From NCBI GenBank assembly GCA_046483495.1, contig JAWODC010000009.1, positions 54,826 to 118,825 of the forward strand: a stretch of 64,000 nt of DNA. Reading direction: 5' to 3'. A model generated the notes under the pieces. The model saw only the letters and a list, made by a program, of their open reading frames with translations. It was not told the DNA's origin and did not search any database. This stretch comes from Desulfobacterales bacterium (GTDB lineage Bacteria; Desulfobacterota; Desulfobacteria; Desulfobacterales; UBA5616). Positions 61,631 through 64,000 of the stretch are shown piece by piece. A program made the translations under genes and the position numbers. Position 1 is the stretch's first letter. The number at the start of each line of letters is the position of its first letter.

Positions 61631-62968
61631 ATGGAGAACGTTTTACTGGATTTTATCACTGCACTGCGGCATGCCGGGGTTCGCATTTCAGTTGCTGAAA
61701 ACATGGACGCCATGAATGCCGCACGGCTTGTGGGCTATGCCGACCGCCGAATGCTGAAAACCGCCTTGTCGGCCACCCTTGCAAAGTCCAGACGTGAACA
61801 GGAAATTTTCGAAACGTGCTTCGAACGCTTTTTTTCTGTGGAAGACGCCCGGAAACCCCCGGATACATTCGGGGAAGCTGCGGAATCGGAAATGCCTGCA
61901 GACCTTTCGGACCTTGGCGGTATGCTCATGGCCGGCGATACGGCAGGTCTGGGAGCGGCTCTTGAACAGTCGGCGGAAAACGCCCGGGTTAAAAACATCG
62001 TTTTTTTTACCCAGAAATCGTTATACATGCGAAGAATTCTGCAGGGCATGGGAATTGCCGGGCTCGAGGAGGACATCAAAAAAATGGGTATGGCCGATGA
62101 CCCTGCCGTGAAACTGCAGGGCGAACACCTGCAACAGGCGAAAAGCGTTCTCGTCGACTATGTCAGAAATTATGTGGAAAAGCAATACTCGCTGTATGCC
62201 GGAAATGTGCCGGAAGAGCTCCTGGAACGATTTCTGAAAGACACCAAACTCTCCAATGTGGAAGAGCGGGATTTCCACAGGATGCAGGCGCTGATAAAAA
62301 AAATGGTGAAGCGGCTGAACGATGTGCATTCGCGGCGGAAAAAAACCGCCAGGCGCGGTTGGTTGGACCTGAAAAAAACACTGCGCGCCAATATCGCCTA
62401 CCAGGGAATTATCATTGACCCGAAATGGAAAACCAAAAAAGAAGATCGTCCCGATATTGTGGCGATCTGCGATGTCAGCCGCTCCGTGGAAGCCGTCGTA
62501 CGGTTTTTCCTGCTTTTTTTGTACAGCCTTAACGATTCGCTGGCCAGGGTCCGGTCCTTCGTATTTTGTTCGAACCTGGTGGAGGTCGGCCATGTCTTTG
62601 AAAATTACAAAACCGAGGCGGCCCTGGACAGGATACTGCGGGGTACGGGATTGGATCTGCAGTTTTCCGCCACCGATTATGGCCGGGCCTTCCTGGATTT
62701 CAAGGAAAAATGGCTGGACCGGGTAACACGTAAAACGACGATCCTGGTGCTGGGGGATGCCAGAAATAATTTCGGAAAACCCAGAACCGATATTTTGAAG
62801 CTTCTTCAGGAGCGAAGCAAACGAATCATCTGGCTGAATCCGGAACCGGTCAGTTTTTGGGGAACCGGGGACTCCGAAATGAAGCGGTACATGCCGTACT
62901 GTTTTATGGTTCGGGAATGCAGTACGGTTAATCATATTAAGCGTATCGTGGATTATATGCTTAAATAG
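61631..62968 (+). CDS. VWA-domain protein (CoxE-like)
   Basis: DVSRS MIDAS, TDYG, LGDARNN and WLNPE motifs. Confidence 0.88.
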   Translation: MENVLLDFITALRHAGVRISVAENMDAMNAARLVGYADRRMLKTALSATLAKSRREQEIFETCFERFFSVEDARKPPDTFGEAAESEMPADLSDLGGMLMAGDTAGLGAALEQSAENARVKNIVFFTQKSLYMRRILQGMGIAGLEEDIKKMGMADDPAVKLQGEHLQQAKSVLVDYVRNYVEKQYSLYAGNVPEELLERFLKDTKLSNVEERDFHRMQALIKKMVKRLNDVHSRRKKTARRGWLDLKKTLRANIAYQGIIIDPKWKTKKEDRPDIVAICDVSRSVEAVVRFFLLFLYSLNDSLARVRSFVFCSNLVEVGHVFENYKTEAALDRILRGTGLDLQFSATDYGRAFLDFKEKWLDRVTRKTTILVLGDARNNFGKPRTDILKLLQERSKRIIWLNPEPVSFWGTGDSEMKRYMPYCFMVRECSTVNHIKRIVDYMLK

Positions 62969-63038
62969 CGGGACGGGCGGGACGAGCGAGACGGGAAAGG
63001 CAGCGAAACGCGCGCGCTCGTCCCGCCCGTCCCGCTAT
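62965..63038. repeat. REP-like palindrome of GCGGGACGR units
   Basis: Perfect 24-bp inverted repeat, 62965-62988 and 63015-63038. Confidence 0.8.
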
Positions 63039-64000
63039 CATGTCGACAACGTCTTGACGAGAACCTCGAGATAAAACCGAGCATGGCTGATCGGCGCGGC
63101 CATGTTGGCGCGATGGTTGGCCAGGATGCCGTCAAGCGGGCTGTTGGTGATGATCAGCGGGTCGATCTCGATGGCGTGATGACAGGATTCGATGGCGTGG
63201 TGGAGCAATTCCATCCCTCTTCGGGTATCGACGGTCAGCGCAAAATCCTGCGCCACCGCTTCCAGAATCCCTACCATGGCTGTCGCCACACCCTTTGCAT
63301 AGAAGAAATAGTCGTCGGCGGTGAAAAAGCTCACGGGATCGCCGTCTTCTTCAGTGAACTTGACCAGGTTTTCCTCACAGCTTCCCAAAAGGTCTGCATA
63401 GGCCGCCAGCAAAGGGATAAGATTGTCCGTTCGCACGTAAAAAGGCGCTGTCCCTTTTTCGAGCCGTTTTTTATAGGCGTTCAGCTCTTCGAGACCCTCC
63501 TTGTATTTGCTTTCGGCCGATGGAAACCAATACCGGTCGGCTTTGATCATAAACCAATTCATGGCCTGCTCTACATTCGGATCGAATGCGGCCGTAACGC
63601 CGGTTCTGGAAATCCTTTCCGCCAGGGCGACGGTGGTCCGGCGGGTTACCTCCAAAACGCCGAGCTGGAAATTGTTCACATTGTCGGTGACATTCACGAT
63701 ATCGTTCGAACGCCACCCCCACCATCTCTGGTTCAGCTCATAGTCCATCGGGGCTATTACGGCTTCAATAAAGGCGACTCCCAAGGCTTTTTGCTCTTCA
63801 GCGGCAGCTTGGTCGCCATGTGCTGAATTCAAATGGGAATTCGATGTTTCGGTGGGGTGGGAGGAACCGCTTTTCACTGTTGAGGAAGGTTCGGTTGCGG
63901 TTTCGGGGGAATCGGGTCCCACGGTATGAGAAGCATCCGCCGAACGGCCCGCCTCTTGGGCCGTTTCTTCTTCCCCACCGGTTGACTCCTCATGGGAAAC
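63038..64000 (-). CDS. DUF2333 family protein, 5' truncated by window
   Basis: WRSND...DNVNNFQLGV, WFPSAESKY, RTDNL, ADDYFF.AKG and ANHRANMA motifs; frame open to 64000. Confidence 0.7.
   Translation of the reverse strand, partial: VSHEESTGGEEETAQEAGRSADASHTVGPDSPETATEPSSTVKSGSSHPTETSNSHLNSAHGDQAAAEEQKALGVAFIEAVIAPMDYELNQRWWGWRSNDIVNVTDNVNNFQLGVLEVTRRTTVALAERISRTGVTAAFDPNVEQAMNWFMIKADRYWFPSAESKYKEGLEELNAYKKRLEKGTAPFYVRTDNLIPLLAAYADLLGSCEENLVKFTEEDGDPVSFFTADDYFFYAKGVATAMVGILEAVAQDFALTVDTRRGMELLHHAIESCHHAIEIDPLIITNSPLDGILANHRANMAAPISHARFYLEVLVKTLST

Overview
Bacterial chromosomal segment whose gene content suggests a sulfate-reducing Desulfobacterota (Desulfobacterales-like) host; the taxonomy is inferred. 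In order: glcD-like 3' end, suhB, hflX, dnaB-rplI-DUF2232-rpsR-rpsF, a ComEA-like gene, PAS-LuxR, a J-domain protein, MarC and amrS. Next is an osmoadaptation block: proVWX plus a porin behind a candidate Na+-riboswitch-like leader, then a more AT-rich sigma-54 two-component/Trk K+-uptake module ending at tRNA-Lys(CUU). It continues with a degenerate KptA/Tpt1 homologue, hemL, a TPR protein, pyrD, a MITE-like palindrome, a rubrerythrin-like gene and the ilvD-ilvB-ilvN-ilvC-cimA-leuA cluster with a leader-peptide attenuator. Then come acs, an Fe-S flavoprotein plus DRE-TIM pair and EndoQ. A ~10.5-kb operon joins a 2-oxoacid:ferredoxin oxidoreductase to an HdrL-like protein, an MvhD-HdrD fusion and an HdrA-MvhD fusion; the ORF track splits the last at an in-frame UGA that is very likely selenocysteine. 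The window ends with a CoA-ligase/ACAD/thiolase/nitroreductase cluster, MoxR-VWA and a partial DUF2333 gene. No CRISPR array, integrase or transposase was seen. All calls are motif recognition by eye; no searches were run.
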